Source: Basidiobolus meristosporus CBS 931.73
Lineage: Eukaryota; Fungi; Basidiobolomycota
Assembly: GCA_002104905.1 (NCBI GenBank)
Contig: MCFE01000246.1
Location: 51,142-115,141 of the forward strand
Reading direction: 5' to 3'
Length of the DNA: 64,000 nucleotides
This document shows, in pieces, positions 13,222 through 25,227 of the stretch; the first letter of the stretch is position 1, and each line of letters opens with the position of its first letter. A program made the position numbers and the translations under genes. Below the pieces are notes generated by a model. It had not been told where the DNA came from and searched no databases. It saw only the letters and a list, made by a program, of their open reading frames with translations.

Positions 13222-13570
13222 TGTTGTAAAAATTCGTATTTCCACCTAAATATTCACCTAACTTGGTCACTTAGATCATCACCTTCAAATCCTAGAGAAT
13301 ACTGACCAAATTCATTGTCGGGATTTACTTAGAATATTTTCACCAAAATACCAGGTACCCAGAACATGAAAATTCTCAAAGTTGTCCAAACAGCCCCAAA
13401 CTTTGCACACATGTTCTTGGGACCTTCCTTAACCTATTCTACGTGTTTGTAATGCCAAGACCAGGTAAAAGTATAAATACTACTTTTACATTCAATAAAT
13501 CATTAAGTGAAAAACACATAATCTACTTGTTCTCCAAATCACTTCCAATATCTCCAAGACTCTTACAACA
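13222..13570 (+). repeat. 3' LTR (349 bp)
   Basis: Direct repeat of 8888-9236, followed by the TSD GATTT. Confidence 0.97.
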
Positions 13571-13759
13571 GATTTATTGTAGACAAAAATGATTTAATAC
13601 AAATATGCTGCCATGAGGGGAAATGAAAAATTGGACTAACAGAATTGCCCTGTTGGTTGATGTGATGGAATCAATGGGTGGACAAACTGCTGAGGAAGAG
13701 GTAAAAATCAACCTGCTGAATGGCATGATAGACAGAGTACTAACCCAAACTTCTTGAAG

Positions 13760-14420
13760 GGATTTACTTAAATTATTTTCATCAAGAAATCAGGTATTCA
13801 CAATTTCAGATTGCTCAAAGTGGTAAAGCACCCCCACATTTTACACATATTCTCTTAGGACTTTTTTGGACATACTATATGTATTTGTTTTACCAAGACC
13901 ATGCCAAAGTCCAATCTTCAGCTTAAGACTGTAGCTCTGATACAAGGCTTGAAGTTTATATGTCAGGCTATTCAGCAGGGTTACCATCACTTCTTCATCA
14001 GAAGTTTGCACACACAACATTTTCATAACATTGGCCAATAAGGTAAACATCTCTTCTCCTGAGAGCAACTTTGTAGTAAAGAGACTTTGTTTAAGATACA
14101 AATATCTCCAACAATGATCCAAGTGCCAGAGTTGGGTGGATATTCAGGTACATTTACAAAATTTACAACAGAGAGGTCATGCATGCAGAGTTCTGGAGTC
14201 ATTAAACTGTACTGAGATCTCCCATATCCTTAGCACCTGATATTCTGGTCAAAGGGAATTCCCACAAGGAATGGGTAGAAAATATTTATGAGCTACAGGC
14301 CAGGTAGGCTGCACCTATCCTGTTTCATGACCAGTACCCAGGAGTGTCACATATAAATGGCTCTTAGACCAGTGTTGGTATGCTAGGAAATTATCTGATG
14401 AATATTAGAAACTGTTGAAG
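13760..14420. mobile_element. Highly degenerate Copia gag/LTR fragments
   Basis: Minus ORF 13841-14122 (LFTTKLLSGEEM..VMVTLLNSL) matches gag; weak LTR-like words lie nearby. Confidence 0.55.
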
Positions 14421-16356
14421 GTAGAAGCATAAATCAGCTATTGCAAGAATGCCACTAGTTGCTCAACAACCTGTCCTGAGTTATATAGAGAGCACTAAGT
14501 ATGTTGTATGGAAATATATAGTGCTGGGACAGGTGCAACAAGTGAACAGCCAGCAGCAACAAAGCCACTGCTTGAATGTTTGTCAAGGAACAAATGCAGT
14601 GCAATGCAAGATGTATCTATTCAAGGTGGCAGCAATGGTGCTGGCAAGACCAGAGGGAAAAGGAAAGGGAAGAAGCCCCACACCAGAGGGAAAAAGGAAT
14701 GCACCAGAGAAATGCCATGGTTTGCATATATCAGAATCCCAACATAGCCCTCAACAATTACCAAGGAGATAACAGTTACCTTGGCAAGAGATTGGAGATC
14801 CATGAAGTGTACGAATTTTTCGGAGCACAGGTTTGGCCAACAACAGGGCGGATCTGGGAAGGACTGTGGAGGGTGGTGCACGGGGTTTGGGGTGGCTTAG
14901 ACAAGCTTGAAGGGATTGACGAGTTCCAGGATATTGCGGAATCAATGCATCGGTCACAATCATACCCGCCATATTCAGGGCCAACCTAACCTGAATTCGG
15001 GATTTGCCAAGACGAAACTGAAGAGACCGGAGTGGTTAAAGTAGTGTACCGTGCGATTGTTGATTTGGATGGCCGGAAGAGTCACATGATGCTCACTAGT
15101 TCGCTGGAGACCGGATGAAGTGTTTGCGTGTTTGGAAGAACTTGGACGAACCAAGGATGAGAGTGCTTGAAGAGAGGTCCCAGGAAGGGATGGGCAAAGT
15201 GTGGGGGAGGGGGGGGGGTCTTTGGGATCATTTCCGGGACTTCCCTAGTATCAAGAATTGGCAGGTATCTATCTACAAGTTGAACCCCAAAAGGCGGTGG
15301 TTCATGATTCAGCGATGATCCAAGAAGCCAACGAGGTGAATGGATGTATTGCCCGAATACTCCGGGGCATTTTGGCAAACCCCATCGGATGGGCATGGTA
15401 CATGGGACTACCTGTACCGCGTCCATAGGGATATCTACCTGGGTCACCGATTAGTCCTCTGGAGGCCTTGGAGATTGTTCGACGAAATGCCCGTGGTCAG
15501 CCCACCTCGTCAAGCCTAAGGGACACCGCTTTTCACTGTAGATGTGGGGATACGATGGGTGCCGCATGGCCTCCGGAGCACACCTATCCGAGGGAAGATG
15601 CGGAGTGGTGCCCACTGGATACCAACGCGAGGAGAGATAGGGATTCGAAGTGATTCGTTGACAGGATGCTTTTCCGATGCAGATCTGGTGGGCCAAAGCC
15701 AGGGAGGTATGTTCGAGGTAGAATGTCCAGATACCTACAACGAGGAGGGAGGAGGGAAGACAGTGCGAGACCTTGGAGTGGGTTCCGCCGGGTGGGTGAT
15801 CAGCAGGGGACCACCATGAAAACGGAGATCTTCCCCGGGGTCCCACTGGTCAGACGAGCCCAGCGAATGCTCCGGATCGGTTAATTCTTTGAAAGGCGCC
15901 CACTCACCAAACTCTCCAAATACACACACCTCACTTCGTGGACCTAAAGGAGGTACCGATCAGTGGAGGGATTAAGCAGTCACATCAGCCACTCCGTGCG
16001 CATTTCGATTGGTGATCGGCGCCACACACACCCCCCCCCACGGTGCGGTCGGTCCAGGGCCCGTACGGGATGGTGGAGTGGTGGCCAGGGCCAGGGTCAG
16101 ACGACGAGCCCGTCGTGTGCGACACCGTGAGAGGCGGCCAGAGGAAATGGGCCGCTGTCTGGGGCGTGAACCATTCGCACGACCGGTGGTAGGGCTCAAC
16201 CAGCTTTGGGATTTCACTTCATTTCATTCTATTGACACTGCATTGGGAAACTACGTATTTGACAGTTGGGGCGGGGGCGGGGGCATGGGGAATTTGGAAT
16301 ACAATGGAGAGGAGGGGGGGAAGACTCTACAGGAAGGGTTCGGAAGGGGTGACTGT

Positions 16357-16392
16357 AGGGTGAGGGTGAGGGTGAGGGTGAGGGTGGGGTAG
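16357..16392 (+). repeat. (AGGGTG)n hexamer tract, G-quadruplex-capable
   Basis: agggtgagggtgagggtgagggtgagggtggggtagg. Confidence 0.85.
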
Positions 16393-16797
16393 GTGTTTGT
16401 ATTTATGCATGTGTTCGGATTCGTGGGTGCGGGCGTGGTGAGTTTTGCGCTGGCTTGTGGGTTGGCGAAGATGTGTATGATAAGTGTGGCGAAGGGGGGG
16501 GGGTTGGGCATGAACGCAAAAGGGCCATCAGCTGACCAGGCGGATGGGTGGGGGCACAAGGTGAAGTAATATAGGCTAATCGGTTCGCCAGGTAACAACA
16601 TGACCGCGGGATAGATAGATCGGAGGAGGAATTCAAAGCAAGTCCCTGAGAATCGGTCCATATACAGGGGAGGACATGGGTTCGGGTTCAGCACGTGGGT
16701 GGTGTCTTTCCACCGAGTTAAGAATGGTAGGTTGAGGGGGTGGGATGGAGGAGCAAGGGCCAAAGGTTGGTGGGACAGGGGTCTCCCGAACGGACCA

Positions 16798-18295
16798 TCA
16801 GTCGATCAGCTGGATGCTCTCGCTCTCCCCATCGGTTCGCCGAGTGGCCTCCTTGTCCCCGGGATCAGAGCTGTTGGTATCGTGCACCGTGGCTGCGGCC
16901 ACCTGCGCCCTTTTACGGGTGAGTTTGGCGAAGTCTATCATGGACAGGTTAGTCCCACGGCATATATCAAGCGACGAATCCAAATGTCGTAAAAGGAACT
17001 CACGTAATCCACAAGCGTTGCAGAGGGTGCGCGCCCCATCTGGGCCTCTCCTCCATTCCGGGGTCTCGGTGGTGTTGCAGGAATGGCATCTGCCTGGGGG
17101 TGGCTGGCCTGACCGCTTCTGAGTGGAAGGAAAGTTAAGCTGGTGGTTGATTGGAAGGGCAAGGGAGGGGAGGGGAGGGGAGAGGCCGAACTAAATCGAA
17201 TGATCACTCACACTTCTTTTCCTATATTTGGGCCGAGAGGGGGCCAGGAGGGTGCGTTTGTTGCGGATGTACTCCATATCGTCATCTCCCAAAGGCTGCG
17301 TGAAGAAAGAAAATGATGAGTAAAGCAGAGGTTGATGGCCGACTCCACTTGTCACCCACCTCATTCCGGCTTCCGGGCTTGCCGCTGTCCGCCTTTAACC
17401 CGGTCAGCACCCGTAGGATATCCTGGGCTTTGTTGGCCATTTCCCTGACCAGGTCATCCGCTGGTAGAGCATACGCCTTCTCGGAGCGATTCCCGTACTC
17501 GAATGCGAAGTGGGAAAGCATCCGACAATTCTCCACCACCTTGTCCAGAGCGAGTGGGGACGAGTCCCTTCCACGCTGTTCATGGCGCATCTCCTCCAGC
17601 TTGATCTCGGTCCCTCGTTCGGAGTCGGGGAACGGGCGCACTCGCTGATTCGCCCCACCGTGGTAATCGTCCCGGCCGGGGCCTCTCTCCAGATGTGGGG
17701 TGTTCGGCAAACTCTGCCTCTCGGAGTAATGGCGTGGGTAGTGTGGAGAGGGGTCGGCCGGATGCCGAAGATAGTGCCCTTCCGGAAGCGGCTCTCTGGG
17801 TCTCTGATAGGACGGGACGGGCTCATTGGCCGTATAGGGAAGGAAATTCCCATTTGGTTCGCGTTCACGAGGTAGATGATCCCGTTGGACTGGGGGATAT
17901 TTAGGATAACTAGGGTAATCCCGAGGATAGTATGCCTCAGGAGGATCTCGCGATCCATTTGCTAGGGTAGGCAACGAGCCTCGATGGTAGGGGAAATTCC
18001 CTTGGTAATTGTCAGGAGCGGCTGGTTGGCTCTCGTAGGGATGGTTTGGCGCGTTCGGGGAGTCGGTGGGCTGTTGTCTGCGAGGTTGCTGGGCAGTTAT
18101 TCCACTAGCATAGTACGGGTATTCGGGTTGGTTGGGCTTCGAACCAGATATCCGAGGAAGCAGATTAGAAAAACCATCGAGGCTTGCGGGTTTAGAGATT
18201 AGTGGATCGGCGGACTGTTGCGAATAGGGAGCCGCGGAGGGATTTGCAGAAGGGATTGGTAAAGATGCGCTTTGTGCGCTAGGACGGATATCCAT
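16798..18295 (-). CDS. GATA zinc-finger transcription factor, NsdD/SUB-1/Brg1-like (spliced)
   Basis: Spliced exons give [54 protein letters not shown] (CX2CX18CX2C) after a Pro/Ser-rich N-terminus, with GT-AG introns. An extra 5' exon is possible. Confidence 0.9.
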
Positions 18296-18940
18296 CTGAG
18301 GGAAGTTACAGGAGGTGAACCTAGCAAACGGCAAGGGTTGGATAAAGGCTTCAGTGGGGATCAACAGGGTGAGACACTCACTACTGGATAAAACACCCAA
18401 CGAAACGGGTGGAGATTGCTGCTCTTGGTTGGAATATTTCTTAAGGGTGAAAAAGCAAACGTTAATCCTCGGCCATCTGGTGAACTGATTGGAAAGGGAG
18501 GAAATACCACTTGACAGGGGAGGGAAGTAGGCTCCACACGAAACAGTACTGTCTTGTTTACTTGGGGGTGGCTATTCACGACGACACGACAAAAACCAGT
18601 ACAAGAAACCCAAAGAACAGGAATGTTGAAAACAAGTAATCGGGTAAGAAGTGGGATGCGCTGGGGGATCTGATGAACGGCTAAAAGCCAATATTTTTGG
18701 CAGGAGATTGGGATAATATCAGTTCAAGGAAAAAAAGTTCCCTTAGTCAACGGGAAATCGGAGATCCCACTAACAATAGAACGATTTGGACTTTTATGGA
18801 AGTAGGGGCCCTGATTCGACTCAGAATTCCCGCTTCATTGGCTTAGGCCTATATATCAGATCTATGCTTCTAGCCCGATTCTTGCGCTTCTGCTGGGTGT
18901 ATCAGGAGAGATGACAACGAGAGAGTGGGAAGAGTGACGT

Positions 18941-19129
18941 TTACCTGCTCACTTGTGCCATGGTGATCTTTTGCTTAAAGTTGTGAGCGATTAGCTTGAG
19001 ATCGGATGGAACCGTAACCAATCCAAATCTCAATTCCATATGCCCATCTGCAGATGAGTCAGATTCCTTAAGTGAGATCCAAATGACGCTTGTTCCACAT
19101 GATATAGTAATCGGAAATTCCATTTCCAT
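18941..19129 (-). CDS. Possible small exon/ORF of unknown function (or upstream exon of the GATA gene)
   Basis: ATG-initiated 62-aa ORF ending at a CAG/GTGAG donor-like site; no recognised motif. Confidence 0.25.
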   Translation of the reverse strand: MEMEFPITISCGTSVIWISLKESDSSADGHMELRFGLVTVPSDLKLIAHNFKQKITMAQVSR

Positions 19130-19431
19130 AGTTATTTAGCACGACACGTTGACCAATCCTGTTGTTTGTTCGTGGGGTGAGGGCCAGGTGAATTCTTGGC
19201 GAATAATAGGCGAACATTGGCCATGATAATTTAGGGGATTTATTTTCGACTTGCTGCTTTCTTCAATGGCCACATAAGCCGTGATGTCTTGGAAGGGGAT
19301 GACAACATCGATGGGAGGGGTACTGCGTTTTAACTGGTGTACCTAGCCAAGTAATATAATTACTGGCCTCGAGTGTGTGTAGCGAATGCACAGTAAGCAA
19401 CGGCTGCGAATCATGCTCATCCTTGAGCCAC

Positions 19432-21243
19432 CTAGACTTTATCCTTTTGCACACGAGAGAGTGCGCGTAGCATGTCAAGCGCCTCCACTGGTTTGGCCTG
19501 CGGGCTACTAGTCTGTGTTTCTTGTGTCTGGTTCAGAGCCCGGACTGCCTGGGCGAGTACCCTGGTTGAGAATTCTTGGGTGGATTTGGTGAATTGCGAC
19601 GCGTTGTAGAGGACATGGTGTAATCTATCAATCTAAGCACCATCTTAGTAGGTCGGACAGCTTTGGTTTCAACCGTTCTTATTATCCATGAAGATACCTT
19701 GTATTCTATTTGATCAGCATCTACTGTTTCGGATTGTTTGTCGTGAATCGAACGCAGGAATCGAAGCTTTTTCTCATCCAGGTAATCATTGCAATGGTCC
19801 GAAGATATGGTGATCGCTTGGGGTGAGGTGGATGAAGGGTAGCTGTCTGCGACATTGGCATGGTACTGGTTGTATTTCTTGATGAGGTCGATCCAGTGGG
19901 TGTCCTCCGATTGTAGCCTAGATTACTGTGGCTTTAGTAAACCGAGCACTTTGCTCTACAATGCAGCAAACTTCACCTACCTAGCTATCTGTTCCTCGTA
20001 TTCTTTCTTCTTTTTCATGTTATCGAGGTTTTGGGGATGCTCGAGCTTCAGTAGCGAATGCTCTTTGGATGCATCGTCACCCTGTAGTGAGTAACTAAAT
20101 GTCAGCCACTGTGAAGGTGCTATCAAATCGCGGTACTCGTTACCTTGCGATGATACCATGATGTGTTCACTTCATTCTTAATCAACATCGAGATAAGATT
20201 CTCTTGGATGGTTTTGGCTGGATAAGAAACGTGAATACCGTTGGAGGCTGATGCTAGATGGCCTAGCCTGCTTACCGATATTAAAAGCTTCGGTGTCTCC
20301 CCGATCCTTTTGGGAATCCATAGCCCGTCGTGCACACCAGATCAGTAGCTGCTTCATCCGAATAGGGTCAGGCATTTCTGGAGATATGTGACGGTATAGC
20401 TCTTCAGTACGAATGCTAGGGTGTGGTAAAGCTATGAACACCGAAGAATTAGCGAGTACTGGGGAGAATGCTTTGCGTGGTGCTTACCTACAAAGCCGCT
20501 ACCGATGGAGGATGCACGCTTTCCACGACGAGCGAAGCTAGAGCGGCGTTTCTTTTTTCTGACCTCCTCGATCTTTTTGCCCGACAGAGGCTCTACCACA
20601 GGCACAGGGATAAACGCTTCAGAGTATTTACTTTCTTGAGCAATTTTTTTTGATACTATGGAAGGTGCCAAAGATTTGAGTGGCTTCTTTTTCTAGATTC
20701 AGAAAAGGTGGTCAGTGTCTACATCTCTAGGGTATTCCCACTTTTCAAGGGAGTAAGTACCTTAAGCCCTTGTGAGCGGGAGGGTTTAGAAGGAGTTATG
20801 TATTTCACGAATTCGTCTTCGCTCTCGTTGACCGTGTCAAAGGGTGGTTTGTTGGTGCGGGGTGTAGCCTTTGGTTTTTTAAGTTCGTACTGAGGTGATT
20901 TGGTGAGGGTCTTTCTGCGTTTACTTGCGATGCTTTTACGAGCCGCTTGCGTTCGACGCGTGCTCTTGGGCTGCCGAGTAAAAACGAAGCCGAGATCGTT
21001 TTCTTCTTCTGGCTCTGTGGAAGGGCGTTAAAGGAATTGGGGACAGTAAGTATGCTGATACATTTGTTTAGTAGATACGCGTAAAGCAGCATTCTATTAC
21101 CATGAGGTTCTTGCTTCTGAAAAGGAAGTGAATAGTAGGTGAGTAAGCGATAGGAAGTGGAGTATGCTAAGGGGCTGACCCACTTTGCTCGTCTTCGCTG
21201 GCCGAGGGGTGGCTCTTACGGTAGACTTGCGTTTCGGCGGCAT
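19432..21243 (-). CDS. DSN1: Kinetochore Mis12-complex subunit Dsn1/Mis13 (multi-exon)
   Basis: RRSSFARRGKRASSIG, ALPHPSIRTEELYRHISPEMPDPIRMKQLLIWCARRA and C-terminal LDMLRALSR..KV-stop; the start MPPKRK at 21243 is inferred. Confidence 0.85.
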
Positions 21244-21642
21244 TTTTTCTAAGGGAACAGGAGGTAGATGCAAATAGGAGTTGGCCTGCTAATTACTATC
21301 AAGGAAATTGAGTAACGCGTGTAATGTTTAAAACGTTAGGTGGGTTATTTGTTAGAGAGATGTTATAGTCTCAACGCAAACTGATGGTAACTTAAATGAC
21401 CGATATATTAGATCGATTTCCTCTTCTGGATATATTAGGGAGATCTTATTACTGTTATTTGCCCGCGTCCCAAATTCGATGATTAACAGTTGAGAAATCA
21501 TCCACAATGAGTAGTGGTTGAATGCTAAATAAAAAATCCGAAATTTTCGAATGTAGGGTTTTATTCAATTATACAATATGTCGGATGACATATCAATGAT
21601 TTACAAGATAAATCGATGATCGCTTTGGTCTCGACTATAGCG

Positions 21643-22638
21643 ACCTCAACTCAATCGGATCCTATTATTCATGCTCGTTCACGCACGCATTCATTCACTC
21701 ACTCACTCACTCGCTCGCTCCCATTCACCTTTTACTCTCTTCTTCTCATAAGTGCTGGCGCATTCACCGATCGATACCGACGAAGACTCTCATCCGTAGT
21801 GAGCTTGTACCCCATGAATGACACTGCTCCAACCACTCCTGCCCCGAGAATCGCCAGTAGTGGGTACACTTCGATTCCTGCCTTGCTGACTCCTTGAGCG
21901 AATGCCATTGTGGTTGATACTGGTAGAGCTTGGTGTGGGTAAGTGCTGGCTAGGTTGTGATTCGAAAAGAATAGAGTGCCGAAGCTGTTGTTGATGCTGG
22001 AATGATGTGGGGATGGTGTGTCTTTTATCCTCGAATCCAGCATGCGTATGCTCATGGATGAGGGCGCTGATGCTGCTATTGGGATTGAGATGGGTGTTGG
22101 TGTTAGTGTTGGTGTTAGTGCTGATGCTGATGTTGTTGATCTTGGTGCTGGTGTGGGAACCGGAGAGCTCGTACACCTGTTCTCTACGACTGACATCAGT
22201 CGAAGATCACATGGTTACATTCGTCTTCGCACCATTTCCCATCCTCAACTCTTCATCACACCTCCACTCACATCACCACTTACACCTACACCTACATCCA
22301 CATCCACACACACCTACAATCGCATTCACCTCCACTCTCAGAGTGCTAATCATGGCTGGTCCTACACTCAGCAGCTTGTGCACACCCTTGGGGGCTGGGC
22401 TAAGCCTCACACTCGGAGAACTAGTAGCTGGCCAGCCAGAGTGAACCACCCAAGAAAACCTGACCTCGAGAGACGAGCGGGGTTGACTGAGGTATAGGGC
22501 TCGGTGCTGATGCGTGACTTTGAATTGGCACTGGGGGTGTGACAAGTGTTAGATAACCGAATGCAACGCAATCAGTTGTTGGGTGTGTTACGACTGAAAG
22601 GTGTGTGGGAGCATGATATCCAGCCCAACCACCTAGGC
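21643..22638. repeat. Left arm of a ~1-kb inverted duplication
   Basis: Reverse complement of 23127-24131; about ten substitutions and one 14-bp indel seen by eye; spacer ~490 bp. Confidence 0.95.
21732..21908 (-). CDS. NDUFA4/COXFA4 (B12D/MLRQ)-like small mitochondrial membrane protein, copy 1
   Basis: MAFAQGVSKAGIEVYPLLAILGAGVVGAVSFMGYKLTTDESLRR: an E(V)YPL motif followed by a single TM helix, typical of B12D. Confidence 0.7.
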   Translation of the reverse strand: MAFAQGVSKAGIEVYPLLAILGAGVVGAVSFMGYKLTTDESLRRYRSVNAPALMRRRE

Positions 22639-23126
22639 AGTCAGGTGATCCAAATGGTCAAGTGTCCACCACGAAGTCACACTTCAATGTGGCGGAGAGG
22701 ATCAGAAATTGGATCCTTGAGGATGAATCATGCGCTACTTGGGCCGCTGAGATAGCTGAGGCCAAAGCAACCCACCACCTCGGGATCGTCATTGAATCCA
22801 TGAAAATAAGGCGAAACCAACATAAAGGAAACGGAAAAGAACCATCTGCCACCGAAATTCGGATCGTTTATCCCGCTACACCACAAAAGCGTTCACGCAC
22901 CTTGCACTACATGTGACTGGCATTTAATGCTGGTGAAAGGGATCTCAGATGATTTCCCTTATGGAGTAATTTTGATCTCAGCCGGGGATGCTGTAGGATC
23001 TGCTGTCAATATGAAGGTCACATCATCCCACTCGTTGATATCAAGATCAGAGCGGCAGGGGAGTGCTTATGGTTGATCTGTTCTCTACTGTAATTAGATA
23101 GGTGTCTACAGTCGAATCAGCTGCTC

Positions 23127-24131
23127 GCTTGGGTGGTTAGGCTGGATATCATGCTCACACACACCTTTCAGTCGTAACACACCCAACAACTGATTGCGTT
23201 GCATTCGGTTATCCAACACTTGTCACACCCCCAGTGCCAATTCAAAGTCACGCATCAGCACCGAGCCCTATACCTCAGTCAACCCCGCTCGTCTCTCGAG
23301 GTCAGGTTTTCTTGGGTGGTTCATTCTGGCTGGCCAGCTACTAGTTCTCCGAGTGTGAGGCTTAGCCCAGCCCCCAAGGGTGTGCACAAGCTGCTGAGTG
23401 TAGGACCAGCCATGATTAGCACTCTGAGAGTGGAGGTGAATGCGATTGTAGGTGTGTGTGGATGTGGATGTAGGTGTAGGTGTAAGTGGTGATGTGAGTG
23501 GAGGTGTGATGAAGAGTTGAGGATGGGAAATGGTGCGAAGACGAATGTAACCATGTGATCTTCGACTGATGTCAGTCGTAGGGAACAGGTGTACGAGCTC
23601 TCCGGTTCCCACACCAGCACCAAGATCAACAACATCAGCATCAGCACTAACACCAACACTAACACCAACATCCATCTCAATCCCAATAGCAGCATCAGCG
23701 CCCTCATCCATGAGCATACGCATGCTGGATTCGAGGATAAAAGACACACCATCCCCACATCATTCCAGCATCAACAACAGCTTCGGCACTCGATTCTTTT
23801 CGAATCACAACCTAACCAGCACCTACCCACCAGCACTTACCCACACCAAGCTCTACCAGTATCAACCACAATGGCATTCGCTCAAGGAGTCAGCAAGGCA
23901 GGAGTCGAAGTGTACCCACTACTGGCGATTCTCGGGGCAGGAGTGGTTGGAGCAGTGTCATTCATGGGGTACAAGCTCACTACGGATGAGAGTCTTCGTC
24001 GGTATCGATCGGTGAATGCGCCAGCACTTATGAGAAGAAGAGAGTAAGAGGTGAATGGGAGCGAGCGAGTGAGTGAGTGAATGAATGCGTGCGTGAACGA
24101 GCATGAATAATAGGATCCGATTGAGTTGAGG
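23127..24131. repeat. Right arm of the ~1-kb inverted duplication
   Basis: Reverse complement of 21643-22638. Confidence 0.95.
23871..24047 (+). CDS. NDUFA4/COXFA4 (B12D/MLRQ)-like protein, copy 2
   Basis: Identical to copy 1 except I to V (AGVEVYPL). Confidence 0.7.
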   Translation: MAFAQGVSKAGVEVYPLLAILGAGVVGAVSFMGYKLTTDESLRRYRSVNAPALMRRRE

Positions 24132-24477
24132 CCACGATAGTCGAGAACAAGGAAACCGCCTACCTGATTAAGATATGTTGTACAGATAACGAATTCCCAA
24201 GTTAATCCAATAAAACCAGTCCACCAAAGCCAGGCATTGTGAGGAAGCCCGGTTGTTGGGAATTTTATTGGATCCCAAGGGGGGGGGGTTGGCTACATAC
24301 GATAAATCCGATTCTATGATACATACAGGGACGGGGCTCTAATTTAGGTCGACATTGACGAGTAAGATACAACAGGGGTTAAGAGGCTCGATCGTTGGAG
24401 TGGTCGATGACAAGCAATGACGTTTTACCAGAAGCGGTGCGAAGGAGTTGGTCCTAGGTGGAGGTTAGGCCTAGGTA

Positions 24478-25227
24478 TCAGGATGCCGGGTAGAGCCTTA
24501 CCTTGATATTTCCCACGAATCTTCGGACTGCCTTGGAGGGGCCGAAGCCAGGGCTTTTCTGAGGGTACCCGTGAAGATGGGGATCGCCAAGCGAAACGCC
24601 ACCAGTGAGGTGCTTGTCGGTAAAGAAACTGGAGGCAAGGCGAAGAAGGGACCTTGATTTTGGGTGACTCGAAGCAGTCTCGAACGTTTTCAACGAGGTG
24701 CTCGACAGAGACGTTGGCGAGGTCGAGATGGAACACTGGTCTTCCCACCGAAGTTCCTCCTCGAGATCGTGAGAGGTGTCTGGCTGGACCCTCAGCTGCG
24801 GCCTCATGATATCTCCGATGATCATGATGTTTGGCTTTGGTGGGGACTTTGGATTTTTACAAGCAAGGCTGGATTGAGATGAGGGGGTGCTCGGTGCGCA
24901 TTGGTCCACTTCTATCTGGATGCTGAAGGGATCTAGCATGCTTGGTTGCTCCTGGGTTGGCCCGGTCAGATCTCCATAGATGATTTTCGTGGTTAATAAG
25001 AACTCGGTGGAGCGTCCGGCGCAGGAAGGGAGATATCGATCGAAGCATGTGTCGAATGTCGGTGTCGGTGTCGAGGACATCGGAACTGAACCTTGAGGAG
25101 GATTCAAGAAATCGGGGTCGTGGTAGGCGTCGGCGGGAGCATGTAGGCGCCTTTTATCGAGCAGCCCAACGGACGGTGCCCACCGGGATTCCTGGTTCGT
25201 GGATCTCGAAACGCCGACCTCGGGCAT
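24478..25227 (-). CDS. Hypothetical Ser/Pro-rich protein (3' end may be spliced)
   Basis: ATG-initiated 249-aa ORF in CpG-rich gene space, divergent from the promethin-like gene; no recognised domain. Confidence 0.45.
   Translation of the reverse strand: MPEVGVSRSTNQESRWAPSVGLLDKRRLHAPADAYHDPDFLNPPQGSVPMSSTPTPTFDTCFDRYLPSCAGRSTEFLLTTKIIYGDLTGPTQEQPSMLDPFSIQIEVDQCAPSTPSSQSSLACKNPKSPPKPNIMIIGDIMRPQLRVQPDTSHDLEEELRWEDQCSISTSPTSLSSTSLKTFETASSHPKSRSLLRLASSFFTDKHLTGGVSLGDPHLHGYPQKSPGFGPSKAVRRFVGNIKVRLYPAS

Larger units (their letters stand above)
8888..13570 (+). mobile_element. Full-length Ty1/Copia retrotransposon (4683 bp), non-functional (stops and frameshifts)
   Basis: LTRs 8888-9236 and 13222-13570, TSD GATTT (8883-8887 and 13571-13575), PBS and PPT. 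Domain order is gag, CCHC knuckle CNYCKRKGHTSDRC, protease IDSGAS, integrase HSDLCGP/FIDD/RSDIGGEY, RT MDVKTAFLNG/LYVDD, RNase H YSDAD/EAEY. Confidence 0.97.

Noticed and set aside
15318-15450. PGHFGKPHRMGMVHG resembling the Rpd3/HDAC HPMKPHR motif
   Set aside because: The similarity is too short and the flanking sequence shows no other HDAC motifs.
21790-22545. Long overlapping ORFs (128-159 aa) in both palindrome arms
   Set aside because: They arise from low-complexity microsatellite-like sequence; only the terminal 58 codons look like a real protein.
22662-22916. 84-aa ORF in the palindrome spacer
   Set aside because: GTG start, no recognisable motif; more likely shared promoter sequence.
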